Notes under the pieces: model-generated | What the model was told of the DNA's origin: nothing | What the model saw: the letters and a program-made list of their open reading frames with translations, nothing else | Database searches by the model: none | Position numbers and translations under genes: made by a program | NCBI GenBank assembly: GCA_030704615.1 | Contig: CM060731.1 | Coordinates: 27,838,001 to 27,902,000, forward strand | DNA length: 64,000 nt | Origin: Takakia lepidozioides | Lineage: Eukaryota > Plantae > Bryophyta | Direction of reading: 5' to 3' | Part shown: piece by piece, positions 60,118 through 64,000 of the stretch | How the letters are laid out: the number at the start of each line of letters is the position of its first letter | Numbering within the stretch: position 1 is the stretch's first letter

Positions 60118-60949
60118 GAAGTCGAATACCTTGATCACTTCACTCATCTCTCTCTCACATCCATCTCGTTGTCTAGTTGATGTACCGCAGGAAGCTCAAA
60201 GAAATTCACCCAGGAGCACAGCCTCATATCAATCTGTTGTTTTGTGTCAAGTTGAATTAAGCTATTTGGACTCCATTAATGTTGGAACTGAAATGGTTTT
60301 CTACAAGCAATGCCAGTCACCATTGTATCTTTCCATTGTGTTAAGTTTATTCATAGGAGGTCTTTTCCTCTGGAGGAAGTGTATCATACTTTGGAGCTCT
60401 CACACGCTAATGTGCATTCCCTTGGAAAGGAAGTGTATCATAGCATGCTTCCAACGTCATGCTGGTTCTCTTCTTAAACAACACTTTGGCTTCTCTTCTT
60501 ATGGAGGTAGTTATGAAGCGTGACTGTTTGACGATTTTGCAACGACTCATTGCTAGTTTTGCTCCTGCCTTACGTCTGCCATAATACAGAACAGTTTGAT
60601 GTGGAAGGGAACATATTAGGTGTGATGTCCTGTTTATTTTCTGTATGTTCCTGTGTTTCTATCCTTTATCAGGTTGTTTAAAATTGACACATGGTCTCAT
60701 CATAGATTTCTTAGGCCACATAGTTGTTTTCATATAACCTTGTCTACCTTTGTAGAATTCAACTTTATCAAGACCAACATGACTTATATTCCATGAGTCC
60801 CTAGTAATCATCCTAGCAATCTCACAGGTGCCCACCTACGAGTCACCTACTTGCGAAGCTACATTGTTTATGATCCTAAACAATGTCACCCTAGTTGAAA
60901 TGATTTGAAGGTGTAATCAGGGTGTAGTTAGATGAAGTTGTGAATAGAC

Positions 60950-61400
60950 TCACAATCTATGTGCCATAGTCCCATCGGCATCGTCACATTATACTGCGCC
61001 CGCACGAGTTGTCTCGCTCTCCGCCTTCTGTAAGCTGAAATGATCCTAAGTGCAGTTGTAACTTTACGCTCAGGAATTCGAAGGTTGGCCATGGCGAGGG
61101 TTGACGGCACCTGCCGCATGCCCCAGTTCACACCATTCTCATGAATCGGTAGTAACTCCTCAATCTTGTCACAAACCTCCGGCACTGACAATTTATGATG
61201 TACAATGAAATTGTACCTTAGTTCCTTGCTCATAAACCTCTTTAGTTGCCTCGTATCCTGAAAGGACAAGGCATCTGCAATTTCTACGCACCCACCGCGG
61301 AGCATCCCTTCCACATACTCCACCATCCCAATCACATCTGTTGCGTCTCGCTCCCTCTTAAGAGAACCAGATTGTCCCAATTGCAATACACAAATAGGCC
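60950..61400 (-). mobile_element. IS3EU-like (integrase-core) DNA transposase N-terminal fragment
   Basis: NWGMRQV.STL...LRIPERKV..ALR...R.R....RAQYNV.MPMGLWHID followed by a gtgagt donor. Confidence 0.5.
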
Positions 61401-62664
61401 TTTCAAACTGTAAAATGTGATGAGGTTGGTGTATTGATTCATAGGGATAGACAGGAAATCTTTCGGACCGTCGCACGTGAGCTTCGAGAGCTCGGGCAAA
61501 ATGGCAAGAGCCACGGAGGTCGGAAGAGAGACGAAATCGTGGCCCATGAAATCCTACAGAAGATCTCGGCCGTTCATTTCTGGGCAGCTGCCCGAAAATG
61601 CTCCCTTTTTGTTCCCAGAATTTTAGAAATGAAGCGGGAAGAGGGTCGGGCTTTTTGGTGGTATTTTTGGTGATACTACGGTTCCGGGTCCGGGTAACCC
61701 GGATCCTAACCAGCCGAGTACCCGCGGTCAGAACCCGGACCCGCGCAACACTGGTATATATATGACATTTTTCTTGTGATGCAGGATCCATGTAGGCAGG
61801 TTCCACATTTATCCTGTCCCCATATGTATGAAGGGCTATGATTGTGTTGGGGAAGTTCTTGTTCTCCCATTTTCGCTGCAGCTTCCTCCGTCCCACGTCA
61901 TAGATCCTGAGCACCTGCCCAACTCAGACAAGCAGGCGTCCTTGGAAGTGGCACAAGGCTGTTGGCACTCCATCGACAGGGGTCTTATGCTCGAATCCCT
62001 TCCCTCGTCCACAAACCTATAGATGTGCATGAATTCCTCAATCGAGGACGCGACGGTCAACTGCGAGTTGGAGCAACGGCCATGGGCAGCGGGCACTCAT
62101 CATCTCCTGCCCGGCTGCTAGTGGAATCCATCGCGAGCCCTTCGCCTTCTCTCTCGGATGCTTCGGTGCTGGGATCCAGGCATGACTCATTGTCCGAACG
62201 CCCTGGTGATCAGAATCTCGGATACATTGCTGTCACTCCGTCTTCACGAGGCACATCTCAAGTTGGTGGAGTTTCCAGGTGTTTGGTGCTTCTAGTGGTA
62301 CAAGTTGATGCTTTCAGAGGATTCTAGTAATAAAACGTTTCTAGTCGTACGTGTTCCAATCCATTTGACGTTGTGTGATTCGAAGTATGGTTTTTGAAAC
62401 GTCTCTATGCTTCAGTACTGCGTTTCTTATGATCTGTTTCGAAATGGGAATGCGTTCCGTTCTCACTGAAAACACGTTTCAAAAAAGTTTTGAAACAGTA
62501 CACCTTGGGTCATGTCTGAGCTGGCCGTTCATAGTTGTGGTGTTGACGGTGGTTAATGATGCAGGAGCTGCTGAGCTGGAGTGTAATATCCGAGTTGTTT
62601 GAGTGGTTTTTCGATGGTCTCTGGAACACCTGCATTGACGCTCAGGTCAGTGGCGTGCTTTTCT

Positions 62665-64000
62665 TGGCAGTGCTACAAAACGAGCTTTGTACCGGTAAAT
62701 AGATCCATCAGCTTTGTACTTCAACTTGAAGATCCACTTGTAACCAATGGCTCTTCGTCCTGCAGGCAACCTAGTGAGTGTCCATACTTTGTTTTGCATC
62801 AATGAATCCAACTCTGAGTTTATTGCTTCTTCCCATTGTAGTTTGTCTGGCGAGCGCATCGCTTCCTCATATGTAGCAGGCTCAACCACTTGTGATGCTT
62901 CTTCCATAGCTTCAATGGCACTCATAGATGTAATCAGCCTACTAGGAGCTTTCTTTTCCCGCTGAGATCTCCTTAGAATTGGCACATCTTCAACTTCATC
63001 TCTAGAGTCCATATCAACAAGTGGTTCACCAACTTCGACTCCTTGATCAACTTCATCAAGTCGAACACCTCCATCATTTACTTCAGCCATCTCTTGTATT
63101 GGCTCCTTATAAGACTCATCTTGGAAATGGTGTAATGGCTCTAAGCTCATTCCCATGTCATCTTCTCCCACTAAGAGGGTATGAAGCCTTCATCAAACAC
63201 TACGTCCCTACTGTGTTTGACAGCCTTAGTTGTCTTATTGAACAACTTATATCCCTTCACACCTTCTGTGTAGCCAATGAAGATGCATCCTTCTGATTTG
63301 GAGTCAAGTTTCCTTCGCTTCTGAGTAGGGATATGGACATATGCACGACATCCAAAAATCCTACAATGAGCCACACTAGGCTTCTGACCACTCCATACCT
63401 CTTCTGGTGTTTTTCCCAACACTGATTTGGTAGGTATTCTGTTGTGAAGATATGCTGCAGTGCCAACAGCTTCTGCCCAAAAATGATTTGAAAGATTCAC
63501 TTCTTTCAACATACTCCTTGCAGATTCTTGTAGTGATCTATTCATCCGCTCAGCTACACCATTCTGCTCAGGTGTATATGGAACAGTAAACTGTCGAGCT
63601 ATTCCATTCTCTTGACAAAACTGATTGAAGGCCTTTGAGATGTACTCACCACCATTGTCAGATCTCAAAATCTTAAGAGGCTTTCCAGTTTGTTTTTCTG
63701 CAAGTACTTTGAACTCATTGAATTTCTCTAGCACTTGACTTTTCTGCCTTAGGAAATTCACCACAACCCTCCTTGACAAATCATCAATGAATGTCACAAA
63801 GTACCTTGCTCCTCCAAGTGATGTGGTTTGCATTGGCCCGCACACATCAGAATGTACAATCTCCAATATACTTGTGGCTCTTCGTCCACCATCCTTAGGA
63901 AATTGACCTCGATGTTGCTTCCCTTCCAAGCAACTTTTGCATAGACGCATATCGCTCATCTCCTTCAATGGTAGTCCTTCCACAAGATGGCTTGAGAATT
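62665..64000 (-). mobile_element. Ty1/Copia pol fragment (integrase plus RT start), truncated
   Basis: CKSCLEGKQHR, VHSDVCGP, FIDD, LRSDNGGEY, TPEQNGVAER, SRDVVFDE, EPATYEEA, KWIFKLK, YKARFVA. Confidence 0.92.

Noticed and set aside
61400-61914. N-terminal half of the 328-aa ORF as protein
   Set aside because: It runs through repeat and TIR-like DNA; only the C-terminal part shows transposase-like motifs.

Overview
This is eukaryotic nuclear DNA, most likely from a seed-free land plant. That call is inferred from the PLS-class PPR fragments, OSB PDF motifs, a YSL transporter and the TE families. The left ~19 kb holds host genes: an intact intronless F-box/kelch gene, a GH17 glucanase pseudogene and a 7-exon YSL/OPT transporter with lesions, among LINE relics. 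The rest is a nest of transposons. A CACTA/En-Spm complex carries a Tnp2 transposase, accessory genes with an FCP1-like phosphatase, and an intron-containing amino-(N4C/N6A) methyltransferase-like gene. A 6.4-kb Pack-CACTA with PPR/OSB cargo sits in the transposase intron. IS3EU-like, LINE and Copia fragments lie at the right end. The highlight is a young 12.5-kb Ty3/Gypsy-type element (45389-57891, TG...CA, 4-bp TSD AACT). It encodes Gag-protease-C5 DNA methyltransferase, then an in-frame UAG in a CAR-YYA readthrough context, then RT-RNaseH-DDE integrase-PHD finger. Instead of two LTRs it has Ngaro/PAT-style split direct repeats (A1...B1-A2-B2), a palindromic CA-gc-TG internal junction and a putative self-priming site. 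All domain calls come from motif recognition by eye; no searches were run.
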